Positions 1-10,385 of a stretch of DNA of 64,000 nucleotides are shown here, piece after piece. The DNA is from Halorarum halobium. Its GTDB lineage: Archaea > Halobacteriota > Halobacteria > Halobacteriales > Haloferacaceae. Positions within the stretch are counted from its first letter, which is position 1, and each line of letters starts with the position of its first letter. The position numbers and the translations under genes were made by a program. Under the pieces are notes generated by a model, which was not told the origin of the DNA, ran no database searches, and saw only the letters and a program-made list of their open reading frames with translations. Where the stretch lies: contig NZ_CP134951.1 in the NCBI RefSeq assembly GCF_032116555.1, forward strand, positions 1 to 64,000, given 5' to 3'.

Positions 1-436
1 GAAGTTTTGAGATCCGATTCAGGACGGCGAGAACAACTGTACCAACGAGTCGAACGGGGCGAGGCGGGCGAGCCGGAACGGAGGCCCAAACCAGCCGAGC
101 CGCATCGAAGCGACCGGTTCGTCCGGTTCGGCTAGCAAAACCGATAGACGCCGAGGAGAAATCTCGCTGTCAACGGACTTGGTGGCCATCGATTTTTTGA
201 CCGCCAGCGCTCGACGCGGGACGGGCGAACTGACCGGCCCGGGCGAACCGCGCAACGAGGCCGATCCGCCCCGGACCCGCGAGCCGGACGAGCGAGGCAA
301 ACGGGCCGAGGAAGGCGAACGAGACACGGGGACCCAACCGCCCAAACCAGTTTAGATAGTTTGGACGGATTTCCCGTATCGTCTGACGAGCGTCTCACAA
401 AGGGCTAATGCGGATGGGCCAGACGAACCAGTTTGT

Positions 437-1240
437 ATGACCGATTCGTCTCGGACGCCGACGGTGGCCGTCTCGAACCAGAAGGGGGGCGTCGGCAAGA
501 CGACCACGGCCATCAACGTGGGCGGGGCGCTGAACGAGCGGGGCAACGACGTGTTGTTCGTCGATCTCGACCCGCAGGGCAACGCCACCGAGAACCTGGG
601 GATGATGGAGGCGTACGACGCCGAGCCGCCGACGCTGTTCGACTGTCTCACCGACCCGGAGGAGCGCGAGGCGGTCCACGACATCGTCCACGAGCACCCG
701 GAGATGGACGTGCTGCCCTCGAACATCGACATGACCGCCGCGGAGCCGGAGCTCACGCTCTCGCGCCGGAGCGGGGAGCAGCTCGCGCTGCTGCTCGACC
801 GCATCGAGGACGACTACGACTTCATCGTCGTCGACTGCCCGCCGAACCTCGGGAACCTGATGGACAACGCGCTGTACGCGGCGCGCAATCTCCTCATCCC
901 TGCACTGGCCGAATCCACCAGCAAACGGGCGTTCGAACTGCTGTTCGACCACGTCGAGGCCCTGGAACTCGACTACGACATCACCATCCGCGAGCGGGGC
1001 GTCGTCGTGAACCGCATCGACGTCCGGAAGAACCAGGCGAGCGAGATGGTCGACTGGATCAACGAGGCGTTCGACGGGGTTCCCGTGTGGGAGGTCCGCG
1101 AGCGCGCGGCCGTCCAGAAGGCCCTGGAGGACGGCTCCTCGCTGCTGCAGTACGACCCCGAGTGTGACATGTGCGAGGTGTTCCTCGAGGTCGCCGCGAA
1201 CCTGGAGGAGCAGTTCGCCGTCACGGAGGTGGAAGCATGA
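437..1240 (+). CDS. parA: ParA/Soj family partition ATPase
   Basis: Deviant Walker A NQKGGVGKTT, VDLDPQGN, DFIVVDCPP; 267 aa, acidic. Confidence 0.95.
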   Translation: MTDSSRTPTVAVSNQKGGVGKTTTAINVGGALNERGNDVLFVDLDPQGNATENLGMMEAYDAEPPTLFDCLTDPEEREAVHDIVHEHPEMDVLPSNIDMTAAEPELTLSRRSGEQLALLLDRIEDDYDFIVVDCPPNLGNLMDNALYAARNLLIPALAESTSKRAFELLFDHVEALELDYDITIRERGVVVNRIDVRKNQASEMVDWINEAFDGVPVWEVRERAAVQKALEDGSSLLQYDPECDMCEVFLEVAANLEEQFAVTEVEA

Positions 1241-1292
1241 GTTACCTCACACGCACTGCGCGTGCGGAACCCACGAGCGGAGGCGTCCGCTC

Positions 1293-1733
1293 ATGAGCGA
1301 AGAGGACCGCGCCAGCAGGCTCCGGAACCGTCGCCAGCGGGCGAAGGACAAGGCGACGGGCGACGGCGAACCGGACGAGACGGCCGAGACCGACGAGTCG
1401 GCCGAAGCGGCCAACGTAGCCGAACCATCCAAACCGTCCGAACCGGACGAGCAGGGAGAGTCGGACGAACCGGGCGAGACGGCCGAGTCGGACGAGCCGG
1501 CGGCGGACAGCTCGGTAAAGGACGAACAGGTCGGGACGTACATGTACCTCCCGCGCGAGCAGAAGAAGGAACTCGAACGGACGTACAACCTGCTGAAGGC
1601 CGAGTACGAGTTCGAGTACGACGAGGAGTTCGAGAAGAACCGCCACTTCTTCCCGCTCGTCGTCCGCCACGGGCTGGCAACGCTGGCCGACGCCGACGCG
1701 GACGACGTTCCGTCCCTGCTCGAGGACGTGTAG
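1293..1733 (+). CDS. ParA-associated small acidic protein, candidate partition adaptor/DNA-binding partner
   Basis: ATG at 1293 after GGAGG; basic N-terminus (RASRLRNRRQRAK), E-x-x repeat linker, folded-looking C-terminus (GTYMYLP..EFEKNRHFFPLVV); directly follows parA. Confidence 0.75.
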   Translation: MSEEDRASRLRNRRQRAKDKATGDGEPDETAETDESAEAANVAEPSKPSEPDEQGESDEPGETAESDEPAADSSVKDEQVGTYMYLPREQKKELERTYNLLKAEYEFEYDEEFEKNRHFFPLVVRHGLATLADADADDVPSLLEDV

Positions 1734-2225
1734 GGCCGCTCCGTCGCGGGGATCCCGTCACCGACCCGCAATCGATAAATCCCATTTCGCGATACCTTCT
1801 CGTGGCCGGATGAGGCCGCAGTTCGACGTTCCCGAACACGCGGTGCGTTCCGGTTACTTCCCGTTCGGGCCGGTGCGGGCTATCGGTTCACGACCGAGTG
1901 ACGCGGGACCGCCAGACCTTTATCTAGCGTCACTCATCCGACGCGTGAACCGTCCTATGATCCGCCGGCTCGCGTGTCGTCCGGTGTTCGATCCGCTCGC
2001 GCCCCCCGCCGCGCGACGGGCCCGATAGCCGCAGCACCCGGGCTCGCTTCGCTACGTCCCGTAGCCGCAGTGTACCGACCGAACACACACGCATATGCCG
2101 ACAGCCGCCGAGCCGCCGGCAGGTAGCCGGGGCTCGCTCGATCACGGATCGCCGCTCGACCGACGGCCGCCTCGCTCGTATCGGCCGCTCGAACCATCGT
2201 CAACGCTCGCCGGAGGTGGCCGTCC

Positions 2226-3524
2226 ATGACCACGGCCGACACGTCCGAGGAGGACCCGTCGCTGTGGCGGAACCGCGACTTCCGGCGGTTCTTCGCCGGT
2301 CAGTTCGTGACGAACGCCGGGGACAGCCTCTACACCGTCGCCGTCCTGTGGCTCGTCTTCGAACTCAGCGGCTCGACGGTCCTCACGGGGATCGCCAACG
2401 CGCTGTTGTTGCTCCCGTGGCTCCTCCAGATGCTCGCCGGGCCGATCGTGGACCGGCTCCCGCTCAAGCCCGTCCTCGTCGGGTCGCAGGTCCTGCAGGG
2501 CGTCGTCGTGCTGGCGCTCCCGCTCGCCGCGGCGGCCGGGCGGCTGAGCGTCGGCGTCCTGTTCGCGGTCGTCCCGCTGTTGACGCTCGCGACGCTGGTG
2601 ATGACACCGGTGGGGACGACGCTCGTGCCGCGCATCGTCGCCGAGGAGCGGCTCTCGCGGGCCAACTCCGCGCTCGCGACCGTCACGCTCGGGCTCGACA
2701 TGGTGTTCGACGCGCTCGGCGGCGCGTTCATCTCCGCCTTCGGCGCGACGACGCTGTTCCTGTTCGACTCCGCGACGTTCGCCCTCGCTGGCCTCCTGTT
2801 CGCCGAGATCACGGTGCCGGCTGCCGACGCCACGGAGGAGCGCCCCGACCCGGCCGGCGAATCGGTGGTCGGCTCCTACGTCGCCGACCTGCGGAACGGG
2901 GTCGACGTCCTCCGCGGAACCGTCTTCGTCGAACTCGTGTTCACGACGGCGGTGCTCAACCTCGCGACCGGCGTGACGCTCGCGATCCTCCCGGCGTTCG
3001 GCGACGCGCTCGGCGGCCCCGCCGTCTACGGCCTGTTGCTCGGCGCGCTCGGCGGCGGCCGGCTCGTCGGGTCGCTCCTCGCGCCCCGCCTCGAGGCGGT
3101 CGCGTACGGCCGGCTGCTGCTCGCCGGCGACTGCCTGGCCGCGTGCTGCTGGCTTGCCGCGGTCAGTGCGCCCTCGACGGCGCTCACCGTCGCCCTGTTC
3201 GGGCTCGCGTGGGTGCCGGCGGGGGTCGCCGGCGTGCTCACGTCGACGCTGAACCAGACGGTGTTCCCGGACGACCTCCTCGGTCGCGTCTCGTCGATCA
3301 AGGGGACGGCGGCGGGGGCCACGCTGCCGCTCGGCTCGCTGATCGGCGGCGGCGTCGCCGAGGTGCTCGGCGCGACGACGACGATGGGGCTGGCCGCGCT
3401 CGGCTTCGGATTCAGCGGGCTGTACGTGCTCGTTCGCCCCCGGCTCCGCCGTCTTCCCGCGGTCGCGGACGCCGACCCGGGCGACTTCGACGTGACGGCG
3501 TCGCCGTCCCGCGACGGGGAGTGA
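2226..3524 (+). CDS. MFS transporter (efflux-like)
   Basis: LWRNRDFRRFFAGQ start, GPIVDRLP loop motif, about 12 hydrophobic segments, LLGRVSS motif. Confidence 0.9.
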   Translation: MTTADTSEEDPSLWRNRDFRRFFAGQFVTNAGDSLYTVAVLWLVFELSGSTVLTGIANALLLLPWLLQMLAGPIVDRLPLKPVLVGSQVLQGVVVLALPLAAAAGRLSVGVLFAVVPLLTLATLVMTPVGTTLVPRIVAEERLSRANSALATVTLGLDMVFDALGGAFISAFGATTLFLFDSATFALAGLLFAEITVPAADATEERPDPAGESVVGSYVADLRNGVDVLRGTVFVELVFTTAVLNLATGVTLAILPAFGDALGGPAVYGLLLGALGGGRLVGSLLAPRLEAVAYGRLLLAGDCLAACCWLAAVSAPSTALTVALFGLAWVPAGVAGVLTSTLNQTVFPDDLLGRVSSIKGTAAGATLPLGSLIGGGVAEVLGATTTMGLAALGFGFSGLYVLVRPRLRRLPAVADADPGDFDVTASPSRDGE

Positions 3525-3562
3525 CGCGGCGCGACTCCCCCACGGACCGGTTCGAAGCGGGC

Positions 3563-4564
3563 TCAGGAGGACTCGTTCGACGACCCGTTGCCCGCGTCGG
3601 TCCCGCAGGCCATCAGCGTCGACACCGTCGTCACGTCGAGCCCGCCCTCGGCGTCGAGTCGGGCCGTGGTCGACGAGTCGTTACAGTCGAAGTTCCCGGG
3701 CGAGAGCGCCGCGGTGGCGACCGCGTCCGATTCGACGACTCGCAGGTCGACCCCGTAGTCCCCGCTCTCGGTGACGGTGACGATCGCCCTCGTGTCCGCC
3801 TCGAGCGTGTAGACGCCGTCGAAGCGGGTGGTCGACGGGTCGTCCACGAGGAGCCGCACGGTCCACGAGTCGTCCGTCGGGTTCTCGATGACGACGTCGT
3901 GAATGCCCTTCCCCGTGTCCGCCGGGACCGGCTCGTCACCGACCACCTGCGGGGCGAGCCCGTCACCGTCGACCCGTTCGGTCACGACGCCCGGACAGGC
4001 CATGAGCGTCGAGATCGAGGTCGAATCCAGCGATCCGTCCGCCTGCACGCCGATCCCCGTCCGCGTGTGGTTACAGGTGAACTGCTCGGTTCCGATCGTC
4101 AGCGACTCGGTCGCGTCCGTCGCGGGCAGCGCCGCCTCGACGTCGTAGGGAGCGAGGTCCGTCAGCGACGCGGCGACGGTCGCGGCGGCGGCGAGGTCGA
4201 ACCGCTCGTCGAGCAGCGCGTCACCGGATCGGACGATCGAGAGCGTCGCCTCCCGCCGCTCGTCAGTCGGGTTGGTCAGCGCGACGCGGTGGGGTTTCCT
4301 GAGCCCGCGCGCTTCGAGCGCGCCCGACCCGAGCGTCCGCTCGTCCGTCTCGTCCGCCTTGACGACGGTGGGGTCCGGCATATCGGTCTCGGTGGGAGTT
4401 CCGTCCGGCGAGGTGGGAGACGTTCCGGCACCGTCCGCGTTCGTGCCGGCGTCAGCGTCGCCACCGTCTCCACCGCCGCCCGGAGTCGCTCGCGAGACAC
4501 AGCCCGTCACCGCGGTCGTCAGTCCGATCCCTGCCGCCGTGCCGATGAACGCTCGTCGGTTCAC
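3563..4564 (-). CDS. Tat-exported lipoprotein with two internal repeat domains
   Basis: GTG start, NRRAFIG twin-arginine motif, VTGC lipobox; two repeats each ending STLMAC. Confidence 0.8.
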   Translation of the reverse strand: MNRRAFIGTAAGIGLTTAVTGCVSRATPGGGGDGGDADAGTNADGAGTSPTSPDGTPTETDMPDPTVVKADETDERTLGSGALEARGLRKPHRVALTNPTDERREATLSIVRSGDALLDERFDLAAAATVAASLTDLAPYDVEAALPATDATESLTIGTEQFTCNHTRTGIGVQADGSLDSTSISTLMACPGVVTERVDGDGLAPQVVGDEPVPADTGKGIHDVVIENPTDDSWTVRLLVDDPSTTRFDGVYTLEADTRAIVTVTESGDYGVDLRVVESDAVATAALSPGNFDCNDSSTTARLDAEGGLDVTTVSTLMACGTDAGNGSSNESS

Positions 4565-4606
4565 ACTCGCACTGTATACGGGGGTAACCATCGCCCTACC
4601 CCAGGT

Positions 4607-4629
4607 TCAAAGAGGGCCTTTGAGTCCCG
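4607..4629 (-). promoter_or_regulatory. Putative operator TCAAAG-N5-CTTTGA(GTCCCG) upstream of the lipoprotein gene
   Basis: Inverted repeat; a near-identical element lies upstream of the adjacent regulator gene. Confidence 0.6.
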
Positions 4630-4637
4630 GACGCGAG

Positions 4638-5276
4638 CTAGGCCGACCCGTGACGACGCCGCCGGGGTCGGTACGTCCGCCAGTACCAGAGCCCGAACAG
4701 ACAGCAGGTCACGACGAGGCCGACCCAGAGGAGGACCCCGCCGGGACCGGTCGCAAAGCCGGCGAGCGCGTCCCAGAGCGTCGGCTCCGGCGGCTGCTGG
4801 AGCGGCGTCCGGACGGGCCGGACGGACGGGCGGCCGGTCCAGCGGGCGTGGACGAGCGCGCTCGCCAGGCCGAGGACGCCGAGCGCGCCGAGCGCGCGTC
4901 GGAGCGCCGTCGAGAGCGACGGGGTCGCGTGTTCGGCCCCCGCGTGGATGACGAGCGCGCTGTTGGTGGGCGCGTACACGTCCATCTCGCGGCCCTGCCC
5001 GGAGTACCACGTCTCGACGACCTCGACCAGGTCCGCGTCCACGAGGCGGTCGAGGTGGTAGCTGGCGTTCTGGACCGACGTGTCGAGGGCCGCGGCGACG
5101 TCGGAGGCCGTCCGCGGTTCCTCGTAGAGGCTCCCCAGGATCCGACGCGCCGTCGTCGAGGAGACGGCCGCGAGGACGTCGTCGGCGTCGGCGTCCGCGA
5201 AGTCGACGAGCCGCGGGTCGAGGTCGCGGCCGGCGAGGTTCTCGGTGGCTGGCTTGAGCGGGAGGAGCGACGTCAT
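4638..5276 (-). CDS. ArsR-family winged-HTH regulator with two C-terminal transmembrane segments
   Basis: TARRILGSL..TASDVAAALDTSVQNASYHLDRLVDADLV..GREMDVY, followed by two hydrophobic stretches. Confidence 0.85.
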   Translation of the reverse strand: MTSLLPLKPATENLAGRDLDPRLVDFADADADDVLAAVSSTTARRILGSLYEEPRTASDVAAALDTSVQNASYHLDRLVDADLVEVVETWYSGQGREMDVYAPTNSALVIHAGAEHATPSLSTALRRALGALGVLGLASALVHARWTGRPSVRPVRTPLQQPPEPTLWDALAGFATGPGGVLLWVGLVVTCCLFGLWYWRTYRPRRRRHGSA

Positions 5277-5319
5277 TACGGCCCGGTTCGACCCGGGGTA
5301 GTTTACACCTGCTGAACGC

Positions 5320-5341
5320 TCAAAGGGTTCTTTGAGTCCCG
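5320..5341 (-). promoter_or_regulatory. Putative operator TCAAAG-N4-CTTTGA(GTCCCG) upstream of the ArsR-like gene
   Basis: Inverted repeat matching the 4607-4629 element. Confidence 0.6.
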
Positions 5342-5474
5342 TGCCGGTGCCTTCGAGGCCGCGGACGCCGACGCGGAGACCGCCCCGACGGCCGGGGTGA
5401 ACCGGTCGCTGGCTTAAATCCCCCTCCGAGCGGCGGGAGGGTGTATACCGTCACCGTTTCACACATGGGACAGT

Positions 5475-6905
5475 ATGGCAACCGAAGGAGCGGACGGCAC
5501 GCACAGACTGGAGAGCGAGCCCGCGGCGCGGAGCATCGCCGACGTCGACCTGCACGAGTTCGACGGGCGGGCGGTGGCGAAGTTCGGCTTCGCGTTCGCC
5601 GTCGGCGCGTTCTTCTTCCTCCTGCCGGTTCCCTGGCAGGGCGAGGTGACGGTCCCGTTCGACATCGTCGTGAGCTGGATCACCGGGACGTTCCCGGACG
5701 CCGTGGGGGTGTACGCGCTGGCGATCATCGTCGCCGGCGGCGTCGCCACCACCCTCGCGGAGCTCGACGACCGCGGGCTCTGGACGACCGGGTACGACCT
5801 CTCGGCCTTCGAGAGCTCGACGGTGTTCTGGGCGCTTCGCGTGCTGGGGGCCGTCCTCGCGCCGATCATGTTCCTCAAGCTCGGCCCCGCGTGGCTCCAC
5901 ACGCCGAGCACTGGCGGGTTCATGTGGGGGACGCTCGTCTACAGCGTGGGCGTCATCATCCCGGTCGGTGCGGTGTTCATCACCGTGTTCGTCGAGCTCG
6001 GCGGGCTGGAGTTCGTCGGCACGCTCGCCCGGCCGGTGATGAAGCCGCTGTTCAAGCTGCCGGGACGGGCCGCCCTCGACAGCCTCGCCTCGTGGGTCGG
6101 CTCCTACAGCGTCGGCCTCTACGTGACGCGCAACGTCTTCGAGCGCGGCGACTACAGCAAGCGCGACGTGTTCACCATCGCGACGTGCTTCTCGACTGTG
6201 AGCATCGGCTTCGTCGGCGTCGTCGCGGCCACGCTGGAGATGCTGGCGCTGTTCCCCGTCATCTTCGCCGCCTACTTCGTCTGTGTCGTCGTCACCGCGG
6301 CCATCCTCGTGCGGCTGCCGCCGGTCAGCACGACCCCCGAGGCGTACATCACCGACCCGGACCCCGAGGTCCCGTTCACGGGCTCGCCCGGGGAGTACGT
6401 CCGCTTCGCGGCCAGCGAGGCCGTCGGCAAGGCCGCCGAGGGCGAGACGTTCCTCGGCGCCGCAAAGCGCGGGTTCGTCGACGGGGTGCGGCTCACGAGC
6501 CTCATCCTCGGCACCATCCTCGCGGTGGGGCTGGCCGCGACGCTGCTATCGGCCAACACCCCGACGTTCGACGTCCTGGGCGCGCCGCTCGTCCCCGTCA
6601 TCGCCGCGCTCGGGATCCCGAACCCCGAGGTCGTCGCGCCGGCGACCATCGTCGGCATCACCGAGATGTACGTCCCGGTCCTGCTCGTCGTGGAGGCCGA
6701 CCCGATGGCCCGCTTCTTCGTCGCCGTGCTGGCCGTCTCCCAGCTCATCTTCTTCTCAAGCGTCGGACCGATGACGATGGACATGTTCTCGGACGTGCCC
6801 GTCCGGTTCCGCGATCTCGTCCTCCTGTTCGTCATGCGGACGATCATCCTCGTCCCGTTGATCGCCGGCATCACCCACCTGGTCGCGGCGATGGGGCTGC
6901 TCTAG
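5475..6905 (+). CDS. YjiH-like/nucleoside-recognition (Gate) membrane transporter, possibly histidine uptake
   Basis: Polytopic; GGLEFVGTLARPVMKPLFKLPGRAALDSLASWVG motif; next to the hut operon (substrate inferred from context). Confidence 0.75.
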   Translation: MATEGADGTHRLESEPAARSIADVDLHEFDGRAVAKFGFAFAVGAFFFLLPVPWQGEVTVPFDIVVSWITGTFPDAVGVYALAIIVAGGVATTLAELDDRGLWTTGYDLSAFESSTVFWALRVLGAVLAPIMFLKLGPAWLHTPSTGGFMWGTLVYSVGVIIPVGAVFITVFVELGGLEFVGTLARPVMKPLFKLPGRAALDSLASWVGSYSVGLYVTRNVFERGDYSKRDVFTIATCFSTVSIGFVGVVAATLEMLALFPVIFAAYFVCVVVTAAILVRLPPVSTTPEAYITDPDPEVPFTGSPGEYVRFAASEAVGKAAEGETFLGAAKRGFVDGVRLTSLILGTILAVGLAATLLSANTPTFDVLGAPLVPVIAALGIPNPEVVAPATIVGITEMYVPVLLVVEADPMARFFVAVLAVSQLIFFSSVGPMTMDMFSDVPVRFRDLVLLFVMRTIILVPLIAGITHLVAAMGLL

Positions 6906-7552
6906 GCGACCACGTCGACGAGCGAATCCACCAGCTTGTTCTCGGCGCGGCGGAGGTGTTCCTCGGCCGTTCGGCGCGTCACCCCCACCGCGTCGGCGAT
7001 CTCGGCGGTCGTCACCGCCCGCGGGATCTCGTAGTAGCCGTTGTCGGCCGCGTACCGCAGGACCGCGGACTGCCGGTCGGTCAGGTCGGGCGCGACCCCG
7101 TGGGGCGCGAGCAGCGGGCTTCGGGGGCGGACGGAGTCGATCTTCCGCTTCGACTCGACGGTGACGGCGGCGTCGGCCGCCAGGAGGTCGTGGAAGCAGT
7201 CGGTGAGCGCTCCGGCCGACAGCGACAGCACGCGACAGATCTTGTCGCCGCCCTCGTACTCCAGCGGGTACAACAGGAGACAGCCGTGCCGGTCGAGGAC
7301 CGACTCGATCAGGTCGGCCTCGTGGTCGCGGAGGCAGTCGCCGGTGACCAGCACGGTCTCCCCGCGGTTCCGGAGCCGTTCCCGGACCCCGACCGTCTCG
7401 CTCACCCGGGCTTCCACCTCGTCTGCCGCCTCCGCGGAGACGTGGAGCAGGTCGCAGTGGCGGTTACACCAGAGTTCGATGCTCGCGGCCGTGCCCGCCG
7501 TCGCGTCGGCGTACGCCGACCGCCCGGTGATGCGCAGCGTCGCCTCGTACAT
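6902..7552 (-). CDS. Bat-like (HTH_10) transcriptional regulator, probable hut regulator
   Basis: C-terminal LTDRQ..A...GYYEIPRAVT..EIAD.VGV..T..EHLRRAE; divergent from hutU. Confidence 0.88.
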   Translation of the reverse strand: MYEATLRITGRSAYADATAGTAASIELWCNRHCDLLHVSAEAADEVEARVSETVGVRERLRNRGETVLVTGDCLRDHEADLIESVLDRHGCLLLYPLEYEGGDKICRVLSLSAGALTDCFHDLLAADAAVTVESKRKIDSVRPRSPLLAPHGVAPDLTDRQSAVLRYAADNGYYEIPRAVTTAEIADAVGVTRRTAEEHLRRAENKLVDSLVDVVA

Positions 7553-7638
7553 GCACGGGAGCGCGGCCCGACGGTACATAAATGACACTCCGAACGGAGG
7601 GCCGAACGGTATCCGCCCACGTGTGCAACTAGCACGAC

Positions 7639-9378
7639 ATGGCAGGCCAGCAGGAACGGACCGACGCCGCGGATCGCATCGGCGAGCCGAGCGAGCAGTG
7701 GCGCGGCTACCGGGGCGCGCCCACCGGCACCGACATCGAGTGCGAGGGCTGGCGACAGGAGGCGGCGCTCCGCATGCTGAACAACAACCTCGACCCCGAG
7801 GTCGGCGAGGACCCGGAGAACCTCGTCGTCTACGGCGGCACCGGCCGCGCCGCCCGGTCGTGGGACGCCTACGACGCCATCCTCGACCAGCTTCGGGGCC
7901 TGGCGGACGACGAGACGCTGCTCGTCCAGTCCGGCAAGCCGGTCGGGCGGTTCAAGACCCACGAGCGCGCGCCGCGGGTGCTCATCGCCAACTCCAACCT
8001 CGTCGGGAAGTGGGACGACTGGGAGCACTTCCACGAACTCGAGGCGCAGGGGAAGATCATGTACGGCCAGATGACCGCCGGCTCGTGGGCCTACATCGGC
8101 ACGCAGGGCATCATCCAGGGCACCTACGAGACGCTCGCGGAACTCGCCCGCCGGGAGTACGACGGCGACCTCGCGGGGCGGACGGTCGTCACCGGCGGGC
8201 TCGGCGGGATGAGCGGCGCACAGCCGCTCGCGGTGACGATGAACCGGGGCGTCTGCATCGCAGCCGAGGTGAAGGGCGACCGCATCGACCGCCGCCTGGA
8301 GACCGACTATCTGATGGAGCGCGTCGACGACCTCGACGAGGCGATGGCCCGCGCCGCGGACGCGGCCGAGGCCGGCGAGCCGTACAGCGTCGGCATCGAG
8401 ATGAACGTCGTGGACATGCTGGAGACGATGCGCGCGGAGGGGTTCGTCCCGGACGTCGTCACCGACCAGACGAGCGCGCACGACGAACTGGAGGGCTACT
8501 ACCCGGCCGGCTACTCGGTGGCGGAGGCCGACGACCTCCGGGAGTCCGACCCCGAGCGCTACGTCGCCGAAAGCCTGGACACGATGGAGCGACACCTCGA
8601 CGCCATCCTCGCGCTCCGGGACGAGGGCGCGGTCGCGTTCGAGTACGGCAACAACCTGCGCGGGCAGGTCCGCGAGCACCGCGGCCGCGAGGACGCGTTC
8701 GACTACCCGGGATTCGTCCCGGCGTACATCCGTCCGATGTTCTGTCGCGGCCGCGGCCCGTTCCGGTGGGCCGCCCTCTCGGGAGACCCCGCCGACATCC
8801 ACCGCACTGACGAGGCGGTGACGGAGCTGTTCCCCGACAAGGACGCGCTCCGCCGCTGGATCGACCTCGCGCAGGAACAGGTGTCGTTCCAGGGGCTCCC
8901 CTCCCGGGTGTGCTGGCTCGGCTACCAATCGAACGACGACGGCCTCACCGAGCGCGCGGAGTTCGCGCTCGAAATCAACGAGCTGGTCGCCGACGGCGAG
9001 ATCAGCGCGCCGATTGTCGTCACCCGCGACCACCTCGACGCGGGCTCGGTCGCCTCGCCGAACCGGGAGACCGAGGCGATGAAGGACGGCACCGACGCGG
9101 TCGCAGACTGGCCCATCTTGAATGCCTTGCTGAACTGTGCCGCGGGCGCGGACATCGTCTCGGTCCACGACGGCGGCGGCGTCGGCATCGGCAACGCGCT
9201 CCACGCGAACAACCACGTCGTCCTCGACGGCTCCGAGCTCGCGGCAGAGAAGGCGCGACGCGTGTTCACCACCGACCCCGGAATGGGCGTGATCCGCCAC
9301 GCTGACGCGGGCTACGAGGACGCCCTCGAGGAGGCCGAGCGGTCGGACGTCACGGTCCCGATGCGGGAGGAGCGATGA
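7639..9378 (+). CDS. hutU: Urocanate hydratase
   Basis: [67 protein letters not shown]. Confidence 0.97.
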   Translation: MAGQQERTDAADRIGEPSEQWRGYRGAPTGTDIECEGWRQEAALRMLNNNLDPEVGEDPENLVVYGGTGRAARSWDAYDAILDQLRGLADDETLLVQSGKPVGRFKTHERAPRVLIANSNLVGKWDDWEHFHELEAQGKIMYGQMTAGSWAYIGTQGIIQGTYETLAELARREYDGDLAGRTVVTGGLGGMSGAQPLAVTMNRGVCIAAEVKGDRIDRRLETDYLMERVDDLDEAMARAADAAEAGEPYSVGIEMNVVDMLETMRAEGFVPDVVTDQTSAHDELEGYYPAGYSVAEADDLRESDPERYVAESLDTMERHLDAILALRDEGAVAFEYGNNLRGQVREHRGREDAFDYPGFVPAYIRPMFCRGRGPFRWAALSGDPADIHRTDEAVTELFPDKDALRRWIDLAQEQVSFQGLPSRVCWLGYQSNDDGLTERAEFALEINELVADGEISAPIVVTRDHLDAGSVASPNRETEAMKDGTDAVADWPILNALLNCAAGADIVSVHDGGGVGIGNALHANNHVVLDGSELAAEKARRVFTTDPGMGVIRHADAGYEDALEEAERSDVTVPMREER

Positions 9379-10385
9379 CCCTCCGCGCGCCGCCCGACTG
9401 GCTCGGCCCGTCGGACGACCCGAACGACGCGCAGTTCGGCGACGTCGTCAAGCCGACGGCGCTCGCGGACGCCGACGAGTACGACGCGGTCCTCGTCGGC
9501 GAGCCGTACGACGGCGCCGTCATCGGCCGGCGCGGTGCCGCCGGAGCCCCGAGCGCGATCCGCGAGTCGCTGGCGGGCGCGAAGGCACACCACTACGAGG
9601 CCGGACCGGTGACGGGCGTCGGCGACCTGGGCGACGTCGAGATTCCGGGCAGCGCCGACGGACGGGGAGACGCAGGGACGGACGCGGGAGTGGGCGAACC
9701 GGACGTCGCCGCGGTCCAGGAGGCCGTCGCCGAGACGACCCGCGAGGTCCACGCGGCCGACGCGCTCCCCGTCTTTCTGGGCGGCGACAACTCGCTCACG
9801 GTTCCGAACGTGCTGCCGCTGCTGGACGGGGCGGGCGCCGTCGGGGACGGGGTGGCCGCCGGCGCGGCGGAGCCGAGCGTCGGCGTCGTCAGCCTCGACG
9901 CACACCTCGACTGCCGGGAGCCGACCGACGGCCCGACGAGCGGCACGCCGTACCGGCAGCTGTTCGACGCCGGGCTGGACGCGCTCTCGGTCGTCGGCGC
10001 GCGCCACTTCGAGACGTCGACCGCCTACGCCGAGTTCCTCGCCGGGCGCGACGGCACCGTGTTCACGCCGCGGGACGTCCGGGCCGACCCGGCGGGCATC
10101 GCCGACGCCGCCGTCGAGGCGCTCGGCGACGTCGATCAGGTGTACGTCAGCCTCGACGTCGACGTGCTCGACGGGGCCGCCGCGCCCGGCGTGAGCGCGC
10201 CGACTCCCGGCGGAGTTCGGACGGCAGAACTGTACGAACTGGTCGGGAGCCTCGTCCGCGACGGGCGCGTCGTCGGCGTCGAGGTCGTGGAGTGCGCGCC
10301 GCCGCTCGACCGCGACGGCCGGACGGTGACGGCGGCCTCGCGTGCGGTCGCCCACGCGCTCGCCGGGGTGACCGCCCGTGCGTGA
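9375..10385 (+). CDS. hutG: Formimidoylglutamase (arginase family)
   Basis: [34 protein letters not shown]; inside the hut operon. Confidence 0.9.
   Translation: MTLRAPPDWLGPSDDPNDAQFGDVVKPTALADADEYDAVLVGEPYDGAVIGRRGAAGAPSAIRESLAGAKAHHYEAGPVTGVGDLGDVEIPGSADGRGDAGTDAGVGEPDVAAVQEAVAETTREVHAADALPVFLGGDNSLTVPNVLPLLDGAGAVGDGVAAGAAEPSVGVVSLDAHLDCREPTDGPTSGTPYRQLFDAGLDALSVVGARHFETSTAYAEFLAGRDGTVFTPRDVRADPAGIADAAVEALGDVDQVYVSLDVDVLDGAAAPGVSAPTPGGVRTAELYELVGSLVRDGRVVGVEVVECAPPLDRDGRTVTAASRAVAHALAGVTARA

Noticed and set aside
1740..2220. Possible ncRNA or CGCTCG repeats between the partition genes and the MFS gene
   Set aside because: Short GC-rich words at irregular spacing, with no recognisable RNA structure
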